From Octopus vulgaris (taxonomy: Eukaryota): 64,000 nucleotides of DNA. The stretch lies in assembly GCA_951406725.2 (NCBI GenBank), contig OX597821.1, positions 78,616,001-78,680,000 of the forward strand. Reading direction: 5' to 3'. The position numbers and the translations under genes were made by a program. Positions 1-12,079 of this stretch are shown here, one piece after another (the stretch's first letter is position 1; the number at the start of each line of letters is the position of its first letter). The notes under the pieces are model-generated. The model had not been told where the DNA came from. It searched no databases and worked only from the letters and a program-made list of their open reading frames with translations.

Positions 1-510
1 GCTCCATGTCCGCGCAGGCACATCAGGGAAATCCAATTGATAGCTGTCGGACAGTTGGAAGTTTCTGTGCAGGTTTTGAGGGTTTTACAATTCTTTCTGT
101 TATGTAATATCTCCAAACAGTTTCCTTGCGTCCAGAAAACTATTCCAGTCCGCTACTAGTACTAACTAAATTGTGAGATGTTCCCAAGAAAGTTTGTAGA
201 TGCCTGAATAAATGTGGCCTTTCAGACCTTGTCGGGTAATAAACGGCCAACAGTCTAAATATGCTGCCTTCACTGCCATTAACATCTAGGAGCATCTGCC
301 GGGAGCAAAAAATGTTTGTCAGTACTTTAAGATATAAGGTTTTTCAGAATAGCTCTGCTACACAGCCGCCTGCATCCGATAGACCAAAAGATGAGTCGAA
401 AATGGGTGATAGTGCTTGCGCATTTATTAATTATGCGGCAACATCGAAATCGACAGGTGGTTGAGCAAGTGACCTTGCTTGCAAGTTGACTTCAGGGCAA
501 GCATATTCAT
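1..510 (-). mobile_element. Decayed L1/Tx1-clade LINE fragment (AP-endonuclease region)
   Basis: Minus-strand translation gives IFRLLAVYYPTRSERPHLFRHLQTFLGTS...VADWNSFLD, homologous to the APE of the Tx1 element at 8166-8777 (FRLLAVYAPPSTGRPDFFRRLEVFLGTS...VGDWNATLD). Contains stops and frameshifts. Confidence 0.75.
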
Positions 511-698
511 ACACCCCAAATTCAGAGCAGGTGTGTCAGTCCGAGCGACAAAAGAAAGTAAGTCACTCTCCTTGGCATGGTGAGGAAAGTATTAGATAGC
601 TGAAAAGAACGAATAGCACGGTACCGTAGGCTGCATGTCGTAAGCCCGCTACGCATGCAACACTTCGGGGGCTCCAATAAAACCTGAGATGAAGAGAA

Positions 699-744
<46 letters not shown>

Positions 745-747
<3 letters not shown>

Positions 748-955
748 TATTCAGACAAATACATAACAAAAACACCAGGACTTACAAACACATATAACAT
801 ACAGAAAATTGCACTACTAGGCACTGCACACATCCTACGCAGAACACTTTCCATACAATAACCATCAGAGCATCACAACAAATCACAGCACATACCCAAG
901 GCACACAGAGCTGCGCTCGGTAGTGAAGTGAAAGCACGCTATAAAAATAATAATA

Positions 956-957
<2 letters not shown>
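745..957 (+). mobile_element. 3' tail fragment of an R4/Dong-like LINE between (TAA)n arrays
   Basis: Encodes KYSDKYITKTPGLTNTYNIQKIALLGTAHILRRTLSIQ*, like the end of the R4-type element at ~16100-16212. Flanked by (TAA)n at ~699-744 and ~958-1012. A near-identical fragment lies at 16515-16755. Confidence 0.75.
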
Positions 958-1012
<55 letters not shown>

Positions 1013-1524
1013 GATAAATAAATAGAAGAGTGCCATGTCGTGTGAAATTCGTTGAACAATATTTCGGCATCTAGCGTGCCTTCCACGGGTTCAAAATTAC
1101 ATGTCAGTCTACTTCATTGTTTGTTAAGACTATAGAGGACCGAGGTAACTCATCCAGAAGTTATACACAAATGAATAGAAGAGTGCCATATCATGTGAAA
1201 TCCGTTGAACAATATTTTGGCATCTACGATTTAAAAAATACAAATGTACAGGCCATTTAATTATAATGGCAATGTTGCAATTAAGGAAATATATGTAATC
1301 TAGTACAACCTTTGACATGGTCGAGCTGTTATTAAATCTCGCTAACCCTACCAAGCCTGTGTGAGGAGTAAGGTGGTTTTGGACACTGTGGGATGAAAAT
1401 GAAACCAGTCGAAAGACGGAATAAACGAGGAGAGTCAATATCAATCTACGTTTTGAGACATAAGATAGATATCCAATGATATACCAATACTATATGTTTT
1501 TCAAAATTAAGATGCACCAAGTTC

Positions 1525-2690
1525 TATTTTAATCTAAAATACATACTTTTTCACTTTCTACAATGTTTTTACATCTGTGGTAGACTTGCAACGCCCTTCT
1601 TCCAATATTCACTTGTCCCTGATGAAAAATACTCCTCCAGTACTGTTCTGACCTTGTCCACAGAATTCTTACTTTTTCCGTCCAAATGATTTCGAATAAT
1701 GCGGAATAGATGATAATCAGATGGGTCAATGTCCGGCGAACTTGATGGTTGTAGCATCGTTTTCCGTTCAAACTACTTCAGCCTTTTGAATGTCATCGTC
1801 GTTCTATGTGGCTGAGCTTTATCCTTAATGGAAGAGCAGCTTTCGACTTGTAAAGTTAGTCAGTTTTCTTCTAGCGCTGACTTAAGCCGCTCAAGTTACT
1901 CGCAGGAGATCTTCATTATCCACTACTTTGGATTTAAAAGTTCGAAGTGGACTAAACCTTTCATATACCACCACACTGATGACACCACCTTACGTGGGTG
2001 AAAACCTTAGTCAGTCTGGATGCCGGTGTTTCCCTTTCCCTAGCCAAGTGTCTTCGGCGCTTGACATTTTTATAGAGAACCAATTTCCCGTCACTTTTCA
2101 GTCCAAAAATGGTTCATTCGTGAGACGTGGCAACAAAGAAGAGCACACATTCATTCTCGCGCGATTAGACTGGGAAAATGTTTGAGGAGACCATTGACCC
2201 AATTTGCTGACTTTTCCGATGACACGCAGTTTTCGATGAATGGTTGAATGATCAAATCCAAGTTTTTCGATGGAATTTTGTTTCACCAGGGTTTGCAGGA
2301 CGTCGTCGAGCTGTACAGATTTTCCAGAAGGAGGCTCTTTTCTTCTAGGCTGTAGCTTCCGACACGGAATTTCTGGAACCACTGTTGACACTGGTTTAAG
2401 CTTATTGCCCGATCTTCATATTAATATTCGTCGCACTTTCCATTGCGTTGTTACCTTTATTGAACCCATAACGCAAAATATTCCGAATATGCTCCTTTGT
2501 CATTTCCATTATAGTTTTGAAAACTAACTGTGAAAATCGAACTACACTCATCAAAACTTCCACTAATTATAAGGACAAGATAAAATTTCTACCTGCTTTT
2601 ATAGCACGTCGATGCAATAGGTTTATACTGTCCCTCTCCGACTTTTATTTCATGCAATTAAAACAAAACCTATTATTTATAGGACGACAC
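1525..2690 (-). mobile_element. Degenerate mariner transposon
   Basis: ORF fragments 2098-2391 (LGFDHSTIHRKLRVIGKVSKLGQWSPQ, a WVPHEL-like region) and 1569-1757 (PSSSPDIDPSDYHLFR, the YSPDLAPSD motif). Multiply frameshifted. Confidence 0.85.
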
Positions 2691-4352
2691 AATATTTTAG
2701 TTGTTATTTGCAGTTTATTGCAGGTTCATACGTATTAAATCAATAAATTGGAGGTTAAACAAATATAAGTTTGGTTACTGATGACCCGGAGGTTGGTGTT
2801 ATTTCGCTTTAATCACAGGAAAGCACCGGCTAAGTATTGAATTTCATTTCAGCGACATAATTTTCTATAATGAAACATTATCCATTGTGGGTTGACGCCG
2901 TGACATCCTGCCTCTTTATATTTCATATGGTTTAATAATGTTTTGGGAAATGGCGCATTGAAATGTTTGTTAAGAAAGCAGAGTTCTCTTAAGTTCGAAA
3001 ATATAAGAGAGGATATATTTTAACCTGTAACAGAAAATTAATCTTTGAAAATGTAATGTTTATTTGTGTAGGCACGGGTACATTGATTAATATACAAGCA
3101 TGAAATAGAAGATAACAAAATGACACACGCCAGCGTGTAAGAAAGGAAGGCGATATTGAAGTTAATAATGTTACAAAGTCGATAAAAAACAAGCAATTAA
3201 ACAGAGAACAAAAAGACAGATCATTTGAGTAACAATAGAAATAGAGCTTTATTTATAATCTCTGTACTCATTATGATATTGAAAAGTAAATAAGATGCAA
3301 TGCAAATAAATAGCAAGTGAACACTGTCCCTTTTTTTAGCATATCAAAAGTAACTGCAATATATAAGAGTGAACGTTGTTGAAACGTGTATTTAATTTTC
3401 AAAAGTACGACAAGAAAAATTTTTTAAACAATTTCATAAGAAACAAATAAAGCGGCGTGCAGCCAGAAACTTTATGATACTGGAGAAAATGCTTGATTTG
3501 TGACATTTCGTCCGTTTATACGTTCGAAACTGAAATTCCACCAAAGTCGATATTCCTTTTCATTCTATCGCGATCGACAAAATAAGTACCTGACGAGCGG
3601 TGTGGTCGACGTAATCGTTTTAACATCTTCCCCCAAATTGCTGGACTTGCGCCAAAATTTGAAATTACACAAATAAGAAGAATAAACTTCAAACAAGGTG
3701 AAAACAGAGTATGGTCACCGATAGTAATAATTGATATATTGGTTAATCCTTAGAAGTAGTGGTTGTAGTGAAGTGAAATTCATGAATTGGTCTGTGAACG
3801 GCTTAACCTTATGCATCAGCTTATGTCAGCTGAAATGGAATCTAAGGAACTAACAAATGTTAGTAATAGACTAAAGTTGAATTAAATGGCTCTTCACTCA
3901 CAGTAAATCCTTATTTTAATATATAGAAATTTTGCCATTTATCAAAATATTTCATCTTAGAATGGGTGAAATGGTGTGAAAGATTGTGCAGATTTCGTGC
4001 AACAAACGGAGTAAAAAGAATCCTTGGGACAGAAAATATCGAAGACTGCCCGTGGATGCCCGGTTTCTTTTACATGTTCGAGAACCAATGTTCCAAAAAA
4101 AGAATGATCGAGATGCGTTTCAGAAATTTGGAGACTTTGATTCAGGAGAGACAATTATGACTCTCTATATTGTTATATAAGTTTGTTGTTATATTAATAC
4201 AATGCATACAATAATCTGACCTACTATGGTTATTTGCTTTTATTTCAGACTAAAGGAGACGGCTGTAACGATACTTTGAACAAACCCTACTATACACTAC
4301 TTGACACAGCTGAGTAGTTTGCAGGACGCAGTCAGGTCGTGAAGACAATTTC

Positions 4353-4771
4353 AAAGCTTGCTCATTCAACAAAATTTTGCGTTAAACTGGTATCTTATAG
4401 ATTATCATATATAAACTGAACAATAGTTTATCGCCGGGACAATTACGGTAGAGGGGAAATGAAAGAGAATGAAAGGTGGTAGGGAGAAGAATGAGGACTG
4501 TCGTGTGTCTAAACATACAGGTTGGAGTTGGTGCGGTAAGTAGAAGCAGAATTATGAGTGGAGATCTACCAGGATTAAAGTTACCAACTCCAACCTGTAT
4601 GTTTAGACACACGACAGTCTTCATTCTTCTCCCTCACACATCTTAACCTCTTTCATTTCCTCTCTACCGTAATTGACTTTCTTGTCCCAGCGATAAACTG
4701 TTGTTTAGTTTATACAAGATAAACCATAAGATACCAGCTTAACACAAGATTTTATTGCATGAGCAAGCTTT
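4353..4771. repeat. Foldback/MITE-like inverted repeat, ~180-bp arms with 50-nt loop
   Basis: 4353-4532 is the reverse complement of 4583-4771. The inner ~55 bp are almost perfect (gactgtcgtgtgtctaaacatacaggttggagttggt / accaactccaacctgtatgtttagacacacgacagtc). Confidence 0.9.
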
Positions 4772-5190
4772 CAAATGAACATTGTACATTTACAATCTAG
4801 TATGTGTAATAGGCAGAATGCACTCAGGGACGCACTGAGTACACTACTATAAAATCTTTACGTGTATATTTTTGGATAAATATTAATTAACTCTATGAAA
4901 TCACAAGTACTATCCTTTTCCTAGACGTATTGGCGACCCCTATTTTATTGTACTTATATTTATACACACTGGTACCGCTATAAAAAGAGATAACCCACCA
5001 ATTATTTTTCTAGATTATTTGCTACTTGACTCTTTTGCCCATCGACTTCAAGCTACACACTGCAAAATTGTATGATTCTAATTTATTGAGCCTTCTTGCC
5101 TCATCTCGAGGCCCTGCTCTTTTCTATTTCCTCTTCCCTTCTTTTATTTCACGTATTTGTATTCACTCTGATGAAGTTCCATATAATATG

Positions 5191-8100
5191 TTTCTTTATT
5201 AGCCACACAGGGCTGCACACAGACGGGACAAATTACAATGTAGAGCTTTTCTTTTAGGGATAAAAAAAGGGGTGTTGGTTTTCAATCAAACAGGATCGTA
5301 AAAGGAAAGAAAGAGGAAAGCAAAAGCAAAAAAAGGAGGGGGTAGAAATAAAAGGAAAAAACGATCAATAGGGATCGTTATCACAAAAATGTCAATATAA
5401 AGTGTAAAGGGGAAGACAGGTGAGGTTTACCCGTCGAAAGAAAAGCATACGGAAAAGACCACGGCAAGCTCGGTCAATGAAGTCACATGTTACATTTTTT
5501 TTACAAATAAGTAACTCTCTGTATTAAATTTTTACCCTTCATAGGATCATACGGAGGGTGGCTTCGTTATTCATACGTGCCATCCTTACTACATTCACCC
5601 ATCTTTTTTTAAAACATTCACTAGACAAAACTTGCCTCTCTACTCTCACTTTCCTTTCCAAGTGATACTTGAAGAAGTTGATGAGAGATTGACCAGAGAG
5701 GAAAGTGCTTGTTTCTAATCCTTTCAGGCGCGTCTACCAGATACATTCTTTGCCATAGCCACAATAAGATAAAAATAGCTCTTCCTTCTCGTTTGAAGGA
5801 AGGAGGCGTCACGATATTAACGATAGACTCGGCTGATAAACCGACACGTCCCACACGTGACAGAAGTCATTCGACATAAGTCCACAGGTCGGAGATTGTT
5901 GGACACTGCACGAGTGCGTGCAGAACGGTTTCATCGCTCCGACCGCATCTCGGGCAGGTCGACCCTGTTTTTCTCGAGCCATGCCTATAGAGCTTATCCC
6001 GAACGAGTAGCGCTTCTCGGTAGCACTGCCAGGCCAGGGGTTTCTGGAAGTTGTCCATAGGTCCGGGCCCGAAAGTCGTCTCAAAAAGGCGGGTCTGGTA
6101 TTCCTCGTCGCCGCCCAGGTTCGCCCCAAGATCGTCGTCGTACCTCCCCTCCACTAATCCTCTATAGAATGCTTTGGTTGTGTTGAAGTCACTCAAGGTC
6201 GACTCGGGACAGCATAGTTGCTTGAGAGCAACGCGACACTCGCGGTGCCATTCGCAATTCCTCGGCCTCTTTTCGATCCACGACTGCAGTTCGGTCATGG
6301 ACACAAGCTGCGGGAAGGCGTGCCTCACAAACGGCGACCACACCTGTTCACCGTCATCTACATAGAGCTGGAGATGTCGCAGTCTCAGCGCGTGTCTGCG
6401 CATCATCAACCACGGCATGCCCAGCCCTCCTTTTGACGGGTGTTGACAGCAAATGGATCGCCTGACCATCGGTACGCATCCTTTCCACAAGAAGCGGAAG
6501 AAAATGCGTTCTAGTTTGGTGATGGTAGGATCGGGACAAGGTACGACGGTCAGGCGGTTGTAGATGATGACGCGATGTACGTGTTCGCCACCTCCGCCCG
6601 ACCTTTTAGGGACAGTTTCCTCTCGGCCCATTGCCAGGCGAGAGTGACCACCGTACTCGTTATCTCGTTCCAGTTCTTCTCCATTTGGAGGTCCGGACCG
6701 AACCAAACCCCGAGCAACTCGACCGGGCCGTCCATCCAGCGTCCCACGACGGAGGCGCTGGTGGACGGTATGGGCTTGCTTCTCCAGGTGCCGACCCGCA
6801 AGCTCACTGATTTTTCCGGTTGATTTTCGCTCCTGTCACCGTTTTGTAGTTTTTCAGTGTCTCGCCGACCAGCTCGATGTGCTCGTGGCTTGACACTATG
6901 ACGGTGACGACGTCCGCGTATGCAGACACGCTCGTCCCGCATCCCAGTTATCGCGGGATGCCACTCAGAGTCGACAGCTTCCGCAGTAGTGGCTCGAGAG
7001 TCAATACGTATAGAAGCGATGAGAGGGGGCATCCCTGACGGACCGAGCGTGCAATGTCGAAAGGTCTCGTCCATTTACGCGAATTACCGAACGGATACCT
7101 CTGTACAAAGCAGCTATCTAGCCGCGGAAAACGGGACCGAAACCAGCCGCTCTCAGGACTGCCTCCAAGTATTGATGGTCTACCCGATAGAAAGCTTTCG
7201 ATTGATCCAAACTGATAAGGGCCCCACCCATACCAGGTTCCTTAACTACTCTGTCTATGATGTAGCGCATCAGATGGAGCTTGTCATGGATGCTCCGGCC
7301 CGGTACTGTGCACGTTTGCGCCTTGTCCACCAGTTTCTCGATGACAAGTGCCAACCTCTTGGCTAACACCTTGGTCAAAATTTTCAGGTCTGCATTGAGC
7401 AGAGTGATGGGCGTAAAGTTATCTATAATGTCCCCCTTGTTTGGATCTTTTTTCAGCAGCGTTACGGCTCCTCGACTCACAAAACCAGGTATGCTCCCGT
7501 TTTGCTGCCAGTTGCAGCATACCGCTGCCAAGACGTCTCCAAACAAGTCTGGCATACAATTTTAAAACTCGTAGGGCAGACCATCGAAACCCGGTGATTT
7601 GTCTCTCGAGCATTCTGCCATTGCGTCCCCCACATCCGCCGCCGTGATGGCACATTCGCAGCACTCTGCCTCTCTTGTAGAGAGTCGTGGCAGGCTGTGC
7701 AGGTAGTCACTGGAGTCCAAACTGCGTTCTCGCTCGCCACTCCTCCCGAACAGTCGGGCAAAATGCTACTAAAACGACTCGCACATCTTGCTCGGCTCGA
7801 GCAATTCGCGTCCCTGTTCATCTACCAGAGACCGAATGGTGGCTTTGTGGCCCCGTTGCGCCTCCGCCACCCGGGCCTCTCTCGCGGCTCCAACAGCTTC
7901 CATCCTTAGAGCACGCATCCTAGCCCTGACAGCACACCTTCGTGTTTGGCGTTCAATTGTTGGTCGAGGGCCAACCTCGCCGCCAAAACGTCGGCTGTGA
8001 TGCCACTTCTTATTGCTTCTTCTAACTTCTTAACTAGCTCACCCTCTACTCTGTTTCTATCTATGGTTAGTGCTTTGCTATACCTAATGGCTTCTGCTTT

Positions 8101-9060
8101 TACTGCTCTCTTGAGGGCAAACCACCATTTGTTGTTGACGATAGCTCCTATCAAAGCCCTCTTTACTAGTGTGCTAATTCGGTATCTGAAAACAGGTTTC
8201 TGAAAACATGTCTCGACGGGAAAGATGCGTTCAGTTTCCAGTAACCGGGACCCTGCCTATGTGCTTTATCTATGTCTAGCGTACACGTCACAAGTTTGTG
8301 ATCTGTGTAGCTGACTATGTGGAACTGTGGACATCCTAAGCTATCCCTATCTGCTGTCCTGCATAGTATCCTATCTAGATACGATCTCGACGACCCAATG
8401 CCGTTGCTCCATGTCCACGTTGGCGCATTTCGGTGGTCGAGTCGGTACCTGTCAGACAGTTGAAAGCGTCTGAGCAGGCCTCTGAGGCATTTACATCCCC
8501 GTCTATTTTCGTATCTCCCCACGTAGTCTAGATGCGTGTCCAAGGTAGCATTCCAATCCCCCACTAAAAGTAAAGGACGAGACGTTCCCAGGAATACTTC
8601 TAGACGTCGAAAGAAATCCGGCCGACCAGTTGAAGGCGGTGCATAGACTGCCAGGAGTCGAAAAGCGCACCTATCCCTGCCGTCGACAACCAGTCTACCC
8701 TCCGGGTCTACGATTATCGTCTTTACTTCGAGATCCAGACTCTTGCGAAAAAGTACCACCGTGCCACTACCGCCCATTCTTGGCAGACAGGGAGAAAACT
8801 AAATGTTAAACTGTCCGCCAAACATGGACTTTAAGGCTAGTGGTTCATAGCGTTGGTCTCACTTATTGCTATGATTTCCAAATTATGTGACTTGATGTCA
8901 TTTAAAAGGTACCCCTGTCTCCAAGGGGACCCCAAGCCACGGGCATTCACACAACCAATCTTGACCAAGATCGAATATACTATAAAGATGACGAATATTA
9001 TTTCCGGAATTTTCTTCATAGTCATCGACGAACATTGGTAGCCGAAACGGCCTTAAGCAA
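5191..9060 (-). mobile_element. L1/Tx1-clade LINE, ORF2 region (APE-RT-zinc knuckle), 5'-truncated and frameshifted
   Basis: Ordered minus-strand ORFs: KIGCVNARGL, GDWNA, SYLDRI, YTDHK, GPGYWKLN (APE); NFTPITLLNADLK, LDQSKAF (RT); CPRCGRSDETVLHALVQCP (CCHC knuckle). 3' UTR ends with an AATAAAGAAA tail at ~5191. Confidence 0.92.
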
Positions 9061-9158
9061 CGCACAGTGTTGTATTAAAAATAATAATAAACCGATATTG
9101 GTGAATTTATTTCTTTGTTGATCAAACGTTTTCTCCTTTTTTCTGCTTTTTTATGCAA

Positions 9159-9166
9159 ACACACAC

Positions 9167-9238
<72 letters not shown>

Positions 9239-9410
9239 GCCAACATACATATATATTTGTATGAATGTATGCATGCATTTATGTATGAACGTAATTATGA
9301 ATGTATGTATGTATGTATGTATGTATGTATGTATGTATGTATGTATGTATGTATGTGTGTGTATTTGTACGTATGTAGGTATGTAGATATGTAACAATGT
9401 ATGTATGTAT
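9159..9410. repeat. (CA)n / (TA)n / (TATG)n compound microsatellite
   Basis: Directly visible. Confidence 0.95.
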
Positions 9411-9939
9411 TACCTATTGTAATATTGCGTAGACATCCAAACCATCTGTGGGCTGTCCCTCAGTATCTGAAATGAAAGAGTGTTTTGTATTAAATCAATT
9501 GAATTTCAGATTCAAAATGTTTGAAAAATTATATATACTACGACGGAAATGCCTATCTGACAACGAGTCAGAAATGACTTAATGAAACTTTTTCTATTAA
9601 AAATGCAATAAAATAAACATGTCTTATACAAAAAGTATAGTTTTAGATTCATTATTTTCGCTTTGAATATCTGTCATTATGCAGCAAGGGCCAGTCTTTT
9701 CTTTTCTGCGTAAACGCAGAAAGGAATGGAGTACTCCTAGATAAACACAAAAAACTATAGAAATATAATCTTGAAACAGATCCTGACATAAAATTGTTGT
9801 GTGGACTCCTCCAGACGAAAACTAGGCTAGTCTACTACGTACAAATAGTGGACGTAATAGCCAGTGAGCGCTTGGGGCCGAGAGGTCGGTAGTTGAGCGA
9901 AGGCACGTCATCGGTGAAGGTACACCATCATCAGTGAAG

Positions 9940-10450
9940 GTACGTGGGATATAACAAAAAATATAGGATATGCAACAAGCACAATGAAACAGCTGACTAC
10001 ATCATCCCCGGTTACCCAGTCTTTACCAAACTAGAATATATACAGAGGATTTATCGAGATAAAAGGTACATTCATTGAGCAATATACCAACGCTTCGATG
10101 TGATTAGAGAAATAAGTCGTTGACGTACGTACCGTATACAATACGTAACAATGACCTGGCCACAATAATCGGGAATATAAATGTCCAGTCTAACAACAAC
10201 GAGAAGACGAAGCGTCCGAACATAATAATAAAGGACTGGGAAAGAAACAAAGGAACACTGATAGACATCACAACACATTCTCAAGCAAATATTGCCCAAA
10301 ACGCAGTAGAGACGATGTGGAGCATGCGGGTGGAAAGAATATCAGTATTATTTGAGCATTAAGTATGATTTAAAATATGAAACTTTGCATAATGCCAATA
10401 CTTGGGCGCACAACATTACTCACTGCTTCGTTGGGAACAGCTCAACTATG
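9940..10450 (+). mobile_element. Highly decayed R4-like LINE 3' region (RLE domain)
   Basis: ORF 10120-10362 contains KRPNIIIKDWERNKGTLIDIT, resembling the RPDIV..D.....C.LID motif of the restriction-like endonuclease. A preceding ETADYIIPG segment resembles ETIDHLVSG. Confidence 0.6.
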
Positions 10451-11231
10451 GTACAAATTCACATCCTGCACAATTGATAACTTACAACAACATAATTTGT
10501 GCAACATATAAGGTGAAGGTCAAATGAAATAACACTAATCACATTACACAAACTATACACAACATCACGTACACTCGTGTAACAAGGAAGAAGAAAGAGA
10601 ACCCCCACAAAACAAACATACAGCACGCCAACAGAAAAAGTCTATACTTCCTAAATCCCCACTCAAATACATAACACTGTAAACACATCAGGAATTACAA
10701 TTCATATGTAAATGAACATACATATATGCATACATACATTCATATAAACAAACATGTCTTCTGTTAGAATCAAAAGATTTATGCCCGGATTCTATAGTGT
10801 ACTGAAAAGTAACTTTATTTAATCACATTTTCCGTTGGGTGAACATATCGTGTGTACCGGGGTTTTTACTGTGTGTCAAGTCACAACAATTATCTCAACA
10901 AACATTGATTTACGCAATATGCATGCAGTTCAATGTGATACCCACTTTTGCAATACATCTGGACTGTATGATATTTTTAAGGTTTTCAGATGTTTTTTTT
11001 TTAAAGATTCGGTGGTATTGAACCCAATGCTCCGATGATAATAGGGATAATCTTTATGTTCGGCTCTCGTAACAGCTTTATCTCAGCGATCTCAATACGC
11101 GGCTCTCCATATTTATAAACATTTTCTCTTTCTTTCATGATGATAATATGAACTCCTGGCACTGTTACATCGATTATTAGGGAGTCTTGTCTGTCCCACC
11201 AAAAGGTTTATATATCAAAGGATTTTTGCCT

Positions 11232-11241
11232 TATGATAATG

Positions 11242-11317
<76 letters not shown>

Positions 11318-11337
11318 TAATAATGATAATAATGATA

Positions 11338-11392
<55 letters not shown>

Positions 11393-11395
11393 TAA
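11232..11395. repeat. (TAA)n microsatellite
   Basis: Directly visible. Confidence 0.95.
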
Positions 11396-11469
11396 TTGTT
11401 GTATTTTGGAATGGTCATTTTGCTAGTTTAGCCAATAAAAACACATGTACTATATATTTGGTGTTACTT

Positions 11470-11950
11470 TGCTTCAGTGTTATTTATTTTTTACATTAAA
11501 CTTAATCTTTTTAAGATTTTTACTTCTATGTTGTTGATTGAGCCCCCGTGTTCCTGCTCGGCGTTTTGGTACAGAATTGATGAGCTCTTTCCTTCCTTAA
11601 GTTCTCTCCAATGGCCATTTACCAGCTCTCCTATGCTTCGTGCCGTTTCCCCTAGGTATGTCGTTGTCTTGTTACTGCATCGTCCCTCTATACATCTTAT
11701 ACTATAGACTACATTTCTGGCTTTTCAGTTTGTTTGTGGGCTAAATCTACACACAGTACAGTACCTATCCGTACAGAGGGTTATAGTAAAAGGCTAGGTT
11801 CTACCGATTATGGATTTGATAGGGTTGACTGGCTTTTCAACAACCTTAATCCTTAGCTTAAGTTTGTCTAGGCTCCTGCTAAACCGGTATGCCAGTTCAC
11901 CTCTAGGGGTGGTGTCGACGAACATGACATCTGGCCTTCCCTATATTCTT
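11470..11950 (-). mobile_element. Penelope-like element fragment (linker + GIY-YIG endonuclease)
   Basis: Manual minus-strand translation: DVMFVDTTPRGELAYRF...IKVVEKP...CTDRYCTVC...N*KARNVVYSIRCIEGRC...YLGETARS. Contains two in-frame stops. Confidence 0.8.
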
Positions 11951-11951
11951 C

Positions 11952-12040
<89 letters not shown>

Positions 12041-12079
12041 AAGAAGAAGAAGAAGAAGAAGAAGAAGGAAAAGAAGAAG

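Noticed and set aside
2776-2835. CTGATGA hammerhead-like start
   Set aside because: The downstream GAAA, helix III and cleavage triplet are not intact, so at most a relic.
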